64,000 nucleotides of DNA. Origin: Actinomycetota bacterium. Its GTDB lineage: Bacteria; Actinomycetota; Acidimicrobiia; IMCC26256; VFJJ01. Positions 1 to 11,672 of the stretch are shown here, piece after piece. Position numbers and translations under genes: made by a program. The notes beneath the pieces are model-generated. The model was not told the DNA's origin. It was given only the letters and a program-made list of their open reading frames with translations, and searched no databases. The stretch's first letter is position 1; the number at the start of each line of letters is the position of its first letter. The stretch covers positions 2,224-66,223 of the forward strand of contig VFJJ01000045.1 of NCBI GenBank assembly GCA_009886115.1, in the 5' to 3' direction.

Positions 1-1
1 T

Positions 2-517
2 CAGGCCGAATACCTCGAGGCGATCGTCGAGCAGACCCTGGCCGGTCTCAACGCCGGCCTGCCCCACGACGAGATCGTCGCCGCGCTGCGCATCCCCGAG
101 CACCTGGCCTCGCTGCCTCACCTGCAACCGCTCTACGACCGCCCGGAGTTCATCGCCCGGAACGTCATCAGGCTCTACGGGGGTTGGTGGGACGGGCGTC
201 CAGCATCGTTGCTCCCGCCGAGCGCCGAGGCCCGAGCGCGTGAGGTCGTGGCCCTCGCCGGTGGGGTGACGGCGGTTGTGGACCGAGCGAGAGCGCTCGC
301 GGGGCTCGGGGTGGGGGGCGAGCCTCCCGACATGGCGCTGGCGTGCCAACTGGCGGAATGGGCTGCGCTGGCCTGTCCCGACTCGCGTGCGGCCCAGGAA
401 TGCCAGCGCGACGTCTTCACCGTGCGAGCCCAGGGTGAGACGTCGCTGATGGGACGGGGCATCTTCACCCGGGCCGTCACACGCGCATCGGCCGCCCTCG
501 CAGCCATCGACGAGTGA
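2..517 (+). CDS. C-terminal part of an alkyl-sulfatase-like MBL-fold hydrolase (dimerisation-domain region); the 5' end lies outside the window
   Basis: The frame is open from position 2 to the TGA at 515-517. The translation ...LQPLYDRPEFIARNVIRLYGGWWDGRPASLLPPSAEA... resembles the alkyl-sulfatase dimerisation-domain signature (PEF..RN..R.YGGW.DG.PA.L) as I remember it. Confidence 0.55.
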   Translation, partial: QAEYLEAIVEQTLAGLNAGLPHDEIVAALRIPEHLASLPHLQPLYDRPEFIARNVIRLYGGWWDGRPASLLPPSAEARAREVVALAGGVTAVVDRARALAGLGVGGEPPDMALACQLAEWAALACPDSRAAQECQRDVFTVRAQGETSLMGRGIFTRAVTRASAALAAIDE

Positions 518-567
518 TGCTGCCCCCCTCCAGCGTTGGTCCACGCCCACAGCGGCGGCCCAGCCTT

Positions 568-603
568 GGCGGGCCATCATCGGCGGGCCATCATCGGCGG
601 GCC
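568..603. repeat. 14-nt tandem repeat GGCGGGCCATCATC, 2.5 copies
   Basis: Read directly: ggcgggccatcatc ggcgggccatcatc ggcgggcc. It lies just downstream of the stop at 517 and inside the Arg/Pro-rich 5' extension of ORF 514..2514. Confidence 0.9.
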
Positions 604-660
604 GACTTGGGCGGCGGCCCGACGCAGGAACGCAGCGGGCTCACCCCTAGCCTCTCCGTC

Positions 661-2514
661 GTGACCACCGCTGCGCTCGATCCCCTGCACGACGTCGAGA
701 TCACGGTCGGCGATCAGGCGCTCGTCGCGCTGCGGCGGCTCCGGCGGAGCAAGGCCCTCGCCAACTTCGACTGGGTCGAGGCGCTCTACAAGACGTATCT
801 CGCAGGGATCGCCGGCATCGTGGTGGTCCTGGTGCTGTCGGCTGCCGCTCGCGACGACCGACTTGGGCCGGCCGCGGTCGCCGAGGTCCGGGCCGACGGC
901 CCCGCCTGGGTCGGCGTCGTCGTGGCACTCGCCGTCGCCGCCGGGCTGCGCTCGGGTGGGCGAGGCGGCCCGCTCGCGCTCGAAGCGGCCGAGGTCCGGC
1001 ATGCCCTCCTCGCGCCGGTCGACCGTGGACGGGCGCTCCGGGCTCCGGCCGTTCGGCTCCTGCGATTCAGCCTGTTCCTCGGGGTCGTGGGGGGCGCCAT
1101 CGCCGGCCAGGTGGCGTTCCGGCGACTCCCCGGCGACGAGATGGGCTGGGTCGCGGCCGGCATCGGCGTCGGTGTGCTCGTGGTCGTGTCGTTCGCCGGT
1201 GCGGCGATGGTCGCATCGGGGCGGCGCCTGTCACATCTCTGGGTCGATCTCGCCGCTGTCGCCGTGCTGGGTTGGGCGCTGAGCGACGCGCTCCGCGGCG
1301 CGACCACCTCGCCGATGACCGTCGTCGGCGGGATCGCCGTGTGGCCCATCGATCTCGATGCGCTCGACCTCCTCGGAGCGGTGCCCTTTCTCGCCCTGCC
1401 GGTGCTCGGTGTCATGGGTCTCGCGGGCGTCTCGATCGAGGCCGCCGAACGACGCTCGGGCCTGGTCGGGCAGCTCCGCTTCGCCGTGACCCTGCAGGAC
1501 GTGAGGACGGCCGTCCTCCTGCGGCGCCAGCTCACCCAGGAGGGAGCGCGGCGCCGACCCTGGTTCCGGGTGGGAGGGTTGCAGGGCCGTGGCGACGCCC
1601 GATTCCCGACCTGGCGGCGCGATTGGCAGGGATTCGCCCGATGGCCGCTGTCTCGCTTGGTGCGCCTGGGAATTCTCGGCGCCGGTGCCGGGCTGTGCCT
1701 CGCCGGTGTCTGGGCGGGAACCTCGGCGCTGGTGGTGCCCGCCGGGTTGCTCATGTGGCTGGCCGGCCTCGATGCCATCGAGCCCATGGCCCAGGAGATC
1801 GACCATCCTTCGCTGCTGGAGTCGTACCCCGAGGAGCCCGGGATCGTTCGGATCCGCCATCTCGCCGTGCCGTTGCTGGCGATGATGCCCGTCGGGCTGG
1901 TTGGCTGTGCCGCTGCGCTCGTCTTCGGGGAGCCGGTTCTCGTGCTCCAGATCGGTCTGCCCACGGTGGCTGCGGCGGCGCTCGGTGGCGTGTGTGGCGC
2001 AGCGGTGAGCGTGGTCAGGGGAGCGGCCAAACCCGGTGCCCTGGAGCAGATGAGCCCGGAGGCCGCGGGGTCGGTCAAGCTCGTGGCCGCGGCGATTCCA
2101 CCACTGCTGGCGACGCTCGGGGTGGCGCCGGTGCTCGTGGCTCGCATGATCGTCGATCGTGACGGTCCGGCGACCCTGGGTGTGTTGGCCGGCTGTGCGT
2201 TCCCGCTCGCGGCCGGGCTCATGGCCGTGCTGTACCTCCGGATGCGCGAGCCCGCTCGGGCCTGGTGGACCCGCCAGCTCGAGATCAGCATGTCGGGAAG
2301 CACGCTCCGCGAGACCGCCCGCAAGGAAGCCGAGGCCATCGTCGACGCTCGGGTCGAGGCCCGGGCCGCGACCAAGGGCTCCCGCCGCCGCGGACCCGTC
2401 CCCGCCGAGCCGTCCGACACGACCGACGCTGACACGACCGACTCCGAGCCGTCGGACACGACCGACGCCGACACGACCGCCGACACGACCGCCGACACGA
2501 CCGGGGAACGATGA
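661..2514 (+). CDS. polytopic membrane protein of unknown function with a D/T-rich C-terminal repeat tail, coupled to the downstream ABC ATPase
   Basis: From track ORF 514..2514. The first 49 codons are low-complexity and overlap a tandem repeat, so I prefer the GTG at 661; the start is uncertain. There are many hydrophobic segments (IAGIVVVLVLSAA, WVGVVVALAVAAGL, GVLVVVSFAGAAMVA, LGILGAGAGLCLAGVWAG). The C-terminus is SDTTDADTTDSEPSDTTDADTTADTTADTT. The stop overlaps the next ATG (ATGA at 2511-2514). Confidence 0.6.
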   Translation: MTTAALDPLHDVEITVGDQALVALRRLRRSKALANFDWVEALYKTYLAGIAGIVVVLVLSAAARDDRLGPAAVAEVRADGPAWVGVVVALAVAAGLRSGGRGGPLALEAAEVRHALLAPVDRGRALRAPAVRLLRFSLFLGVVGGAIAGQVAFRRLPGDEMGWVAAGIGVGVLVVVSFAGAAMVASGRRLSHLWVDLAAVAVLGWALSDALRGATTSPMTVVGGIAVWPIDLDALDLLGAVPFLALPVLGVMGLAGVSIEAAERRSGLVGQLRFAVTLQDVRTAVLLRRQLTQEGARRRPWFRVGGLQGRGDARFPTWRRDWQGFARWPLSRLVRLGILGAGAGLCLAGVWAGTSALVVPAGLLMWLAGLDAIEPMAQEIDHPSLLESYPEEPGIVRIRHLAVPLLAMMPVGLVGCAAALVFGEPVLVLQIGLPTVAAAALGGVCGAAVSVVRGAAKPGALEQMSPEAAGSVKLVAAAIPPLLATLGVAPVLVARMIVDRDGPATLGVLAGCAFPLAAGLMAVLYLRMREPARAWWTRQLEISMSGSTLRETARKEAEAIVDARVEARAATKGSRRRGPVPAEPSDTTDADTTDSEPSDTTDADTTADTTADTTGER

Positions 2515-3200
2515 GCACCGACGAGACCGGGACCTTCGTGGCCGAGGGCCTGACCAAGACCTACGGCGACCTGGTGGCGCTGGCGCCGCTCGATCTCACG
2601 ATCGGGCCCGGCGAGCGAGTGATGCTCATGGGCCACAACGGCTCGGGGAAGACGACGCTCCTCCGGATGGCCTCGGGCCTCCTGGAGCCCAGCGAGGGGA
2701 CGGTCTCGATCTCAGGCGCTCGGGCCGGATCGCTCGATGCCCGGGCGGCCATGTCGTTCATCGCCGACGCACCCGTCTTCTACGACGACCTGTCGGTGCT
2801 CGAGCATCTCGAGTACGTGGCCCGCATGCACGACAACACCGACTGGCGGGACGGGGCCGAGTGGTTGCTCGACCGCCTCGGTCTCGGGCACCGGGCTGAC
2901 GACCCGCCCACCCGGTTCTCGCGGGGTCTCAAGCAGAAGGCGGCCATCGCCATCGCGCTCATCCGCCCCTTCGAGATCCTGCTCGTCGACGAGCCCTTCG
3001 TCGGCCTCGACGTGGCCGGCCGCGATGCCCTCCTGGAGCTGCTCGACGATGTGTCCGAAGGCGGGGCAACCATCGTGGTGGCGACGCACCAGCCCGAGTT
3101 CGCCGAGCGGGCTGGTCGGTGTCTGGCGCTGCGTGACGGCGAGCTCGTCTACGACGGCGCTGCCGACACGGCCGAAGCCGTCGGCCTCATGCGGCACTGA
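2511..3200 (+). CDS. ABC transporter ATP-binding protein
   Basis: Walker A GHNGSGKTT, signature-like FSRGLKQK, Walker B ILLVDEPFVGLD, H-loop VATHQ. There is a 4-nt overlap with the upstream membrane-protein gene. Confidence 0.9.
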   Translation: MSTDETGTFVAEGLTKTYGDLVALAPLDLTIGPGERVMLMGHNGSGKTTLLRMASGLLEPSEGTVSISGARAGSLDARAAMSFIADAPVFYDDLSVLEHLEYVARMHDNTDWRDGAEWLLDRLGLGHRADDPPTRFSRGLKQKAAIAIALIRPFEILLVDEPFVGLDVAGRDALLELLDDVSEGGATIVVATHQPEFAERAGRCLALRDGELVYDGAADTAEAVGLMRH

Positions 3201-3304
3201 CCCTGCACGAGCCCATCGCCACGGCAACCCTCACCCGCCCCCGAGTACTTGCGCCTTCGACAGCTGCCCGGGGCATCCGGCAAACGCCGACCGGTGGGCG
3301 GCCT

Positions 3305-4018
3305 CTAGGCGAACCGTCGGCTGTCGTCGGCGGCGTAGCGGGCGACGACAGCATCGACGAGCGCAGTCGCCTCGACGGCCTCGACGACCTCGGCGAGCCT
3401 GCTGGCCGGGATCGCGCACGTCGTGTCGGTGGACGGCATCCCGGTGCGGACCCGGCTGAGCATGCACCCGACCGACGCGGCCACGACGCCCTGCTCCTTG
3501 GCCATGGCCACGATGTGGCACTGGGGCTTGCCTTCGATGTGGAGCCCGGGCAGGGCGTCCGACAGCACCATGAGGGCCTTGGGGGTGAGCCGTACCAACA
3601 CGACGTCGGGGTCGATCGGCGTCTCGGCCAAGGGCCCATACGTGATGGCGCCCGGACGCTCGGTGATCACGGGGATGCCCGGCACCATGTCCATCGTCAC
3701 CCAGCCCGAGTCGAGCAACGCCGCGACGTCGGAGTTCGTGGCGACATCCGACAGCTCGGCGAGGCCATGGGTGAGTCGGCCCACCGAGCAGTTCCCGTGG
3801 TCGGCGGCGATGGTCGAGAACGTGGCTTCGGTCGCCCGCATCCAGAACACGCAGCCGGCGGCGACCCGTCCCGTGCGCCCGTCTGGCATGGGCTCGGCGA
3901 AGGGCTCGTCGAACTCGGGCACGCCAGACGGTCGTTCGTTCGAGAACGTGATGGCGATCGGTGCCGCCGAGGGCGCCAGTGCGGCCACGAGTCGGTCGTT
4001 CAGAGCGCGCCAATCCAT
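3305..4018 (-). CDS. DUF169-family protein (function unknown)
   Basis: Clean 237-aa ORF with a non-repetitive, globular-looking sequence. Its overall pattern (..GCVFWM....F.T...DH.NC..G..THG...) matches DUF169/COG2043 from memory only. Confidence 0.6.
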   Translation of the reverse strand: MDWRALNDRLVAALAPSAAPIAITFSNERPSGVPEFDEPFAEPMPDGRTGRVAAGCVFWMRATEATFSTIAADHGNCSVGRLTHGLAELSDVATNSDVAALLDSGWVTMDMVPGIPVITERPGAITYGPLAETPIDPDVVLVRLTPKALMVLSDALPGLHIEGKPQCHIVAMAKEQGVVAASVGCMLSRVRTGMPSTDTTCAIPASRLAEVVEAVEATALVDAVVARYAADDSRRFA

Positions 4019-4073
4019 GGAGCAGGTGTCCGTTCCGGAGAAGTGGTCGGTGAGCAGATGACGACGGGACGCG

Positions 4074-4742
4074 CTACTTGGCGGAGGCTTCGTAGTACGG
4101 GTTCGCGCCCGAGGCGTGGTCGGTCACGTCGATCACCCGGGTGATCTCGGGGAGCGCCGAGGTGATCGCCGCCTCGATGCCCTGGGACACCGTGACCGTT
4201 GCCATGCCACAACCCTGACAGCCGCCACCGAGGCGCACGTACGCAGTGTCGCCCTCGACGGCCACCAACGACGCCATGCCGCCGTGGCCGGCGATCGCAG
4301 GGTTGATGCGCTGGTCGAGGAGTTGCTGGATCTGCTCGGCGAGCTCGCCGGTGAGCTCGAGCGTGCCGTCGGTCCCTCCGCCTCCACCACCGCCCGAGAA
4401 CGGGTTGGGCTTGTTGGGGTTGCGCAGCGTCAGCCCGCCCTGCATGGGGTTCGACGGCACGTCGAGGACAGCGCCTTGCACCTTCGCCGCGTCGCGAGTG
4501 GCGACGATGACCGAGAGCCCACCGACATCGGTGACGATGGCATCGTCCTCGACATCGGAGATCACCTCGAAGTACATGTCGTACGTGTAGTCGGTACCCA
4601 TGGCGGTGAGGCCGCTCACCTCGAGCCGGAGGCCCAGCGTCTCGGGATCGTCCTCATCGGCTCGCAGTCGCAGCACCTTGTCGAGGGCGTCGGGCGAGAG
4701 GCTGACGAGGAGGTCGCCGGTGGTCGTCACGTCATTGCTCAT
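4074..4742 (-). CDS. NfuA-like Fe-S cluster carrier (A-type-like N-domain + Nfu C-domain)
   Basis: The C-terminal Nfu motif is GGGCQGCGMATVT (CxxC) after INPAIAGHGG. The N-terminal HesB/IscA-like fold pattern is LRLEVSG....YTYDM.F. A poly-Gly linker GGGGGGG joins the two domains. Confidence 0.8.
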   Translation of the reverse strand: MSNDVTTTGDLLVSLSPDALDKVLRLRADEDDPETLGLRLEVSGLTAMGTDYTYDMYFEVISDVEDDAIVTDVGGLSVIVATRDAAKVQGAVLDVPSNPMQGGLTLRNPNKPNPFSGGGGGGGTDGTLELTGELAEQIQQLLDQRINPAIAGHGGMASLVAVEGDTAYVRLGGGCQGCGMATVTVSQGIEAAITSALPEITRVIDVTDHASGANPYYEASAK

Positions 4743-4802
4743 GACGCCAAGAGTACCGGGCCGATGGGGACGACACCGCTCGGCGCGCCATCATGGTCGT
4801 GT

Positions 4803-6154
4803 ATGCCCCGCGTTGCCCTCCTGCTCCCCACGACCACCTACCGGGCGACCGACTTCGTCGCCGCGGCCGGTCGGCTGGGTATCGAGGTCGTCGTGGCGTG
4901 TGATCAGCGTCAGGCCCTGGCCGAGGCCATGCCCGATCGGGCCGTCGTCGTCGACTTCCGCGACCTACCCGGCGCCACCTCGATGCTGGCCGAGCTCCAC
5001 GAGCGCAACCCCATCGACGCCATCGTCGCGGTCGACGAGGCGGGAGTACGCCTGGCTGCAGTGGCGGGGGAACGCTTGGGTTTGCGGCACAACCCTCCTG
5101 CGGCTGCGGCAGCGACGCGTGACAAGGCCGTGCTGCGCGAGACGCTGGGCCGGGTGGGTGGTGTGCTCCAGCCGGAGTTCGTGGTTGTGCGCTCCGGAAG
5201 CGGAAGCGACGCCGATGACGACGTGCGACAGGCGGCCGCGCACGTGGGCCTTCCGTGCGTCGTGAAGCCCGTGGTGCTCTCGGGCAGCCGGGGGGTGATC
5301 AGGGCCGACACGGTCGAGGCCGCCGTCGATGCCGCCCGCCGAGCCCGGCAGATCCTGGTCGCGGCCGGCGAGGACGCCGCCGGGCCGTTGCTCGTCGAGC
5401 GGTTCGTCGCTGGACGGGAGGTCGCGGTCGAGGGTCTGCTGGTCGATGGTGCGCTGCACGTGCTGGCGATCTTCGACAAGCCCGACCCCATGGACGGGCC
5501 GTTCTTCGAGGAGACGATGCTCGTCACGCCGACACGCCTCGGGGCTGCGGTCGAGGAACGGCTCGTCGGCGTCGTCAGCGACGTGGTGGCCGCGCTCGGT
5601 CTGCGCGAGGGGCCGGTGCACGCCGAGGCCCGGGTCGGCGACGACGGGACGGTCTGGTTCCTCGAGATCGCCGCCCGCTCGATCGGCGGGCTGTGCTCGC
5701 GAACACTCACGTTCGGCGTGGGCATGAGCCTGGAGGAGATCCTCCTGCGCCACGCCGTCGGGCGTCTTCCGGCCCATGGCTGGCAGCGTGAACGGGGCGC
5801 GGCCGGCGTGTTGATGCTTCCCGTGCACGAGGCCGGCGTGTTGCACGGCATCGACGGGTGGGATGCCGCCCTGGACCAGCCGGGCATCGTGGGCGGCGAG
5901 ATCACGGTGCCTGTCGGCCAGGCGATCGTGCCGCTGCCCGAGGGTGACCGGTATCTCGGCTTCCTGTTCGCTCGCGGTCCGACAGCGGCTGAGGTCGAGG
6001 CGTCCTTGCGGACGGCGCACGCGTGCCTCAGGGTGGTCGTCGTGGCGCCGCCCGGCGGCGGCGTCGTTGTCGATCCCGGCGTCGAGCCCGCGCCACCGGC
6101 GGTCGCCACGCCGCCGAGTTCGGGCGCGCTGCCGACCGGCGTCGGGGTCGAGCG

Positions 6155-6158
<4 letters not shown>
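4803..6158 (+). CDS. ATP-grasp domain protein (substrate unknown)
   Basis: The real gene is the 3' part of track ORF 4116..6158; the upstream part runs antisense to nfuA. ATG at 4803 (MPRVALLLPTTTYRA), with an alternative at 4764. ATP-grasp pattern: KAVLRETL, LPCVVKPVVLSGSRGVIRA, LVERFVAGREVAVEGLL, VWFLEIAARSIGG. The stop overlaps the ATG of the radical SAM gene (ATGA at 6155-6158). Confidence 0.8.
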
Positions 6159-7729
<1,571 letters not shown>

Positions 7730-7754
7730 CGGTCGATCGGGCAGACTGCCCGCC

Positions 7755-8534
7755 ATGCTGACGACCTCCGACCACGGCCGTGTGCGGCTGCTCACGTTCG
7801 ACCGCCCGGGTGCTCTCAACGCCATGAACAACGACCTCTACTGGGCCGCAGCCGACGGCCTGACCGCCGCAGCGGACGATCCCGGGGTCGCTGTCGTCGT
7901 GTTCACCGGGAACGGGCGGGCGTTCTGTGCCGGCAACGACATGAGCGAGATGGGGGGAGGGAACAGCTCGACGGTCTCGGCGGGCCGGGGCAACGGGTTC
8001 GGGGCGTTCACCGACGGGCTCATCTCGTATCGCAAGCCGGTCGTTGCCGCGGTCAACGGGCTCGCGGTCGGCATCGGCTTCACGATGTTGGCCCATTGCG
8101 ATCTCGTGCTGGTGGCCGAGTCGGCTCGGCTCAAGGCGCCGTTCCCGACGCTCGGGGTCGCGCCCGAGGCTGCGTCGAGCGTCAGCTTCCCCGTGGTCAT
8201 GGGCCAGCAGACGGCGGCGTACTACCTGTTCACCGCGGAGTGGATGTCGGCCGAGGCTGCGGTGGCCTGCGGCCTGGCGTGGAAGGTCGTGGCCGACGAC
8301 GCGTTGCTCCCCGACGCGCTCGCTCTCGCCGGGAAGATCGCTGCGATGCCGATCCCGTCACTGGTGGAGACCAAGCAGCTCATGGTCGCCGGACGGGTCG
8401 ACGCCCTCATGGCCGCCCGGGCCCGCGAGAACGACGCCTTCGGTCGGCTCATCGGTGCCCCCGCCAATCGCGAGGCCATCGCGGCCTTCCTCGAGAAGCG
8501 CCCCGCCGACTTCACCAGCCTGCCCGAGGTGTGA
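7755..8534 (+). CDS. enoyl-CoA hydratase/isomerase (crotonase) family protein
   Basis: RLLTFDRPGALNAM, VVVFTGNGRAFCAGNDM, KPVVAAVNGLAVGIGFTML. I prefer the ATG at 7755 over 7707 because 7707 would overlap the extended selenoprotein reading frame. Confidence 0.85.
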   Translation: MLTTSDHGRVRLLTFDRPGALNAMNNDLYWAAADGLTAAADDPGVAVVVFTGNGRAFCAGNDMSEMGGGNSSTVSAGRGNGFGAFTDGLISYRKPVVAAVNGLAVGIGFTMLAHCDLVLVAESARLKAPFPTLGVAPEAASSVSFPVVMGQQTAAYYLFTAEWMSAEAAVACGLAWKVVADDALLPDALALAGKIAAMPIPSLVETKQLMVAGRVDALMAARARENDAFGRLIGAPANREAIAAFLEKRPADFTSLPEV

Positions 8535-8577
8535 TCCGTCGGGCCGAAATCGGTGCCCGGGCCCGGCTACAGAACGT

Positions 8578-8622
8578 GGTCACAGGGTCACAGGGTCACA
8601 GGGTCACAGGGTCACAGGGTCG
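8578..8622. repeat. 8-nt tandem repeat GGTCACAG, 5 copies plus a partial
   Basis: Read directly. It lies between convergent genes, and the fifth unit contains the stop codon (TGA on the minus strand, 8612-8614) of the LLM gene. Confidence 0.95.
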
Positions 8623-9574
8623 CCAGGTGCTCCTTGGTGCGTCGGGCGCTCGCGGCTTTGGCCTCGTGATCGTCACCCACCGCGAACACCATGGCGCACA
8701 GGTCGGTGACGCCTGCGCTCGCGAACCCCTCGAGTCGTCGGGTCACCTCGGCCTCGGTGCCCACGACGGCCACGCCCCCCGGGGTCCCCGCGTCGCCGAG
8801 GTCGAGCATCCGACGGTACGTGGGAATGTGGTTGTACATGGCGAAGGTTCGCTCGGCCGTGGCTCGGGCCAGGTCGGCGTCGTCGCACACCGCGATGGGC
8901 AGACCGGCGATGACCCGGGGGGTCGCTCGCCCCACGGCCGACGCTCCCGCGGCGAGCCGCGGGAGCACGTGCTCGGCGTGGGTGCGCTCGTCGCCCATCC
9001 AGGTGATGGTGCCGGCAGCCCGTTCCCCGGCCAGCTTCAACATCAGCGGGGCCAGCGCTGCGAGATAGATCGGCACGCTGGTCGCTCCGGGGACTGCGAG
9101 CATCGACTCGACCGGGTACAGCGGACCGTCGTGGCGCACGAGCCCGGCGCCGGCCATCTGCTGCGCTCCCGGTGCTCCGGCGGCGAAGCACGCCTCGAGC
9201 ACGGCCACGTACTCGCGCACGTGATGGATGACACCCTCGTACGACGCCCCGTACCACTTCTCGGCCACCATCTGGTGCGACGGGCCGATCCCGAGCAACA
9301 GCCGGCCGTCACACGCGGCCTGGGTGCTGAGCGCGTGTTGGGCCATGCCGAGCGGGTGGTGCGACCACGTGGGCACCACGGCCGTCCCGAGCTCGATGCG
9401 CGACGTGTGCTGCCCCGCCAGCGCCAGCGCGGTCAAGGCGTCGAGACTCCACGGGACGTGCGGAACCCACCCGGTGTGGAACCCCATGGCCTCGGCCTCG
9501 ACGGCCCGATCGATCACACCCGTGACGGTGTTGCCGCCGGGACCGGCCTCCGAGATGAACAACCCGATGCGCAT
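8612..9574 (-). CDS. luciferase-like monooxygenase (LLM) class, probably an F420-dependent oxidoreductase
   Basis: MRIGLFISE...AEAMGFHTGWVPH...RIELGTAVVP...LLLGIGPSH is the TIM-barrel LLM pattern. The start is at ATG 9574; the 40 upstream codons in the track ORF are Arg/Pro-rich. Confidence 0.8.
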   Translation of the reverse strand: MRIGLFISEAGPGGNTVTGVIDRAVEAEAMGFHTGWVPHVPWSLDALTALALAGQHTSRIELGTAVVPTWSHHPLGMAQHALSTQAACDGRLLLGIGPSHQMVAEKWYGASYEGVIHHVREYVAVLEACFAAGAPGAQQMAGAGLVRHDGPLYPVESMLAVPGATSVPIYLAALAPLMLKLAGERAAGTITWMGDERTHAEHVLPRLAAGASAVGRATPRVIAGLPIAVCDDADLARATAERTFAMYNHIPTYRRMLDLGDAGTPGGVAVVGTEAEVTRRLEGFASAGVTDLCAMVFAVGDDHEAKAASARRTKEHLATL

Positions 9575-9659
9575 GCCGTTCCTCCGTGGTCGCCGTGTCT
9601 GGTGCTGTCGTGGTGTCTCGTGCTGTCGCAGGCCCGCAGGCTCTCGCGGTCCCGAACGT

Positions 9660-10412
9660 CTACCCCGCTTGGTGCTTGACCGTCTCGGAGGCAACCTTGG
9701 CGGCGTCGGGGTCGAGGTAGCGCTTGAGGATCGGCATCTTGTGGGCGGGGCGGAAGTCGTCGCCGAGCTCGTAGAGCATCGGTATCCCGGTGGGGATGTT
9801 CAGCTCGGCGATGCCGGTGTCGCTGATGCCCTCGAGGTGCTTCACCAAGCCCCGCAGGGAGTTCCCGTGCGCGGCGACGATCACCGTGGCTCCGGCCTGG
9901 AGATCGGGGATGATGGCGTCGTACCAGTACGGCATCATGCGCACCACGACGTCCTTCAGGCACTCGGTTGCCGGAAGCACGCTCTGGGGGAGCATGCGAT
10001 AGCGCGGCTCGTTGCGGGGGTGGTACTTCGAGCGACGGTCCGACGGCGGCGGCGGAACGTCGTACGACCGTCGCCAGATGTTCGTCTGCTCGGGCCCGTA
10101 CTGCTCGGTCGTCTGACGCTTGTCCTTGCCGGTGAGGGCGCCGTAGTGGCGCTCGTTCAGCCGCCAGTGCCGGCGAACCGGGAGCCAGAGCTGGTCGATG
10201 CCTTCGAGTGCCAGGTTCAGCGTGCGCACGGCCCGGGTGAGCACCGACGAGTGGGCGACGTCGAAACGCAGCCCGGCCTCGGCGAGATACTGCCCGGCCC
10301 GGGCGGCTTCCTCGACGCCCGTGTCGGACAGGTCGATGTCGTGCCAGCCGGTGAACAGGTTGAGCCTGTTCCACTCGCTCTGACCGTGGCGGAGCAGCAC
10401 GAGTCGATGCAT
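9660..10412 (-). CDS. gpmA: 2,3-bisphosphoglycerate-dependent phosphoglycerate mutase
   Basis: [12 protein letters not shown] (catalytic His), [21 protein letters not shown]. Start at ATG 10412. Confidence 0.9.
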   Translation of the reverse strand: MHRLVLLRHGQSEWNRLNLFTGWHDIDLSDTGVEEAARAGQYLAEAGLRFDVAHSSVLTRAVRTLNLALEGIDQLWLPVRRHWRLNERHYGALTGKDKRQTTEQYGPEQTNIWRRSYDVPPPPSDRRSKYHPRNEPRYRMLPQSVLPATECLKDVVVRMMPYWYDAIIPDLQAGATVIVAAHGNSLRGLVKHLEGISDTGIAELNIPTGIPMLYELGDDFRPAHKMPILKRYLDPDAAKVASETVKHQAG

Positions 10413-10425
10413 CACCGTTCGACCC

Positions 10426-11544
10426 TCACGATGCCATGGCGGCGCCGAGTGCGAGGAGCTGCTGGGTGCCGCCACCCAAGGTGAGCTCGATCTGCTTGTT
10501 CCACAAGGTGTAACGGTGGAGGGGATACTCGACGTCCATGCCCACACCGCCGTGGCAGTGCTGGGCGGCATGGGCCACGAGCTGAGCGGCATCGCTGGCG
10601 AAGTACTTGGCGATGCGGACCTGCTCGGTGGCCGGGATTCCCTCAGCCAGACGCCACACGGCTTGGTACGTGGTGAGCCGGACGCTCTCGACGTTGATGT
10701 ACGCGTCGGCGGCCCGCTGGGCCACGGCCTGGAAGGTGGCGATGGGACGGCCGAACTGCTCGCGCTGGGAGGTGTACTCGGCGAGCATCGCGAGCTGGGT
10801 CTCGGTCACGCCGAGCTGGATGGCGCACAGGCCGGCCAGGGCCCGGTCGATGATCCAGCGGGCGATCTCGCTGCCACGCTCGGGCGTGCCGAGCACGTCG
10901 GCCGCTGCGATGACGGCGCCCGAGAGCGTGAGGGTCCGGGTCTTCTCGCGCCGCGTCGTGATCTCGTTGACAGCCGACACGCCTGCGCCCGACGGATCGA
11001 GCAGGCCGACGAGCACGTCGCCCGAGGGCGTCCGCGCGGTCACCAGCACCCGGGCGGCGCAATGCGCGAACTCGACCGAGATCTTCGTGCCCGTGAGCGC
11101 CCAGCCGCCGGAGCCGTCGGGCTGGGCGACGGTCGTCGGCCGGGTCGGATCGTCGTTGGCCGGCTCGGCCAGAGCCGCCGTGAGGATGGTCGTCCCCGCC
11201 GCGACTCCGGGGAGCCACGCGGCCTTCTGGGCGTCGGTGCCGAACTCGGCGATCGGCAACGCCGCGCACACGAGCGTGGGCAGCAGGGGCAGCGGGGCCA
11301 CCGTCCGGCCCTGGGCCTCGAGCACCTGGAGCAGCTCCATGAACCCGAGCCCCGCGCCGCCGTTGGCCTCGGGGATCGCCAGGCCGAGCACGTCGGCCTT
11401 GGCCAGTTCCTGCCAGGTCTCACGGTCGAACCACTCGCCGCCGGCCTCGATCTCCTTCAACCGCACGGTCGTGACCCGATCGGTCAGGATCTTGCGGGCC
11501 AGCTCCCCGATCTCGTTCTGCGTCTCACTGAACGAAAAGTCCAT
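10426..11544 (-). CDS. acyl-CoA dehydrogenase family protein
   Basis: [20 protein letters not shown]..., middle beta-domain, and C-terminal [18 protein letters not shown]. It is paired with the adjacent ACAD gene, as in heteromeric FadE pairs. Confidence 0.85.
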   Translation of the reverse strand: MDFSFSETQNEIGELARKILTDRVTTVRLKEIEAGGEWFDRETWQELAKADVLGLAIPEANGGAGLGFMELLQVLEAQGRTVAPLPLLPTLVCAALPIAEFGTDAQKAAWLPGVAAGTTILTAALAEPANDDPTRPTTVAQPDGSGGWALTGTKISVEFAHCAARVLVTARTPSGDVLVGLLDPSGAGVSAVNEITTRREKTRTLTLSGAVIAAADVLGTPERGSEIARWIIDRALAGLCAIQLGVTETQLAMLAEYTSQREQFGRPIATFQAVAQRAADAYINVESVRLTTYQAVWRLAEGIPATEQVRIAKYFASDAAQLVAHAAQHCHGGVGMDVEYPLHRYTLWNKQIELTLGGGTQQLLALGAAMAS

Positions 11545-11672
11545 GCGGTGTCTCCTGTTAGTGCCGCCTCGAAGCGCCTGCGGCGCCTCGGCGGCGAATC
11601 CGGGACCTCGCTTCGCTCGGCGGCACGGCAACCCCGTCCCGTCCCCAACTCAGCGAGTGCAGTCCGGCTAGG

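Noticed and set aside
786-2636. 616-aa minus-strand ORF antisense to the membrane-protein gene
   Set aside because: The composition is low-complexity and Arg/Ser/Pro/Ala-rich with no motifs. The plus strand encodes a coherent polytopic membrane protein coupled to an ABC ATPase.
8578-8622. Tandem repeat arrays (also at 27100, 32407, 43577 and 43678) considered as CRISPR
   Set aside because: The units are 6-14 nt and directly abut each other with no spacers, and there are no cas genes. These are microsatellite-type arrays, not CRISPR.
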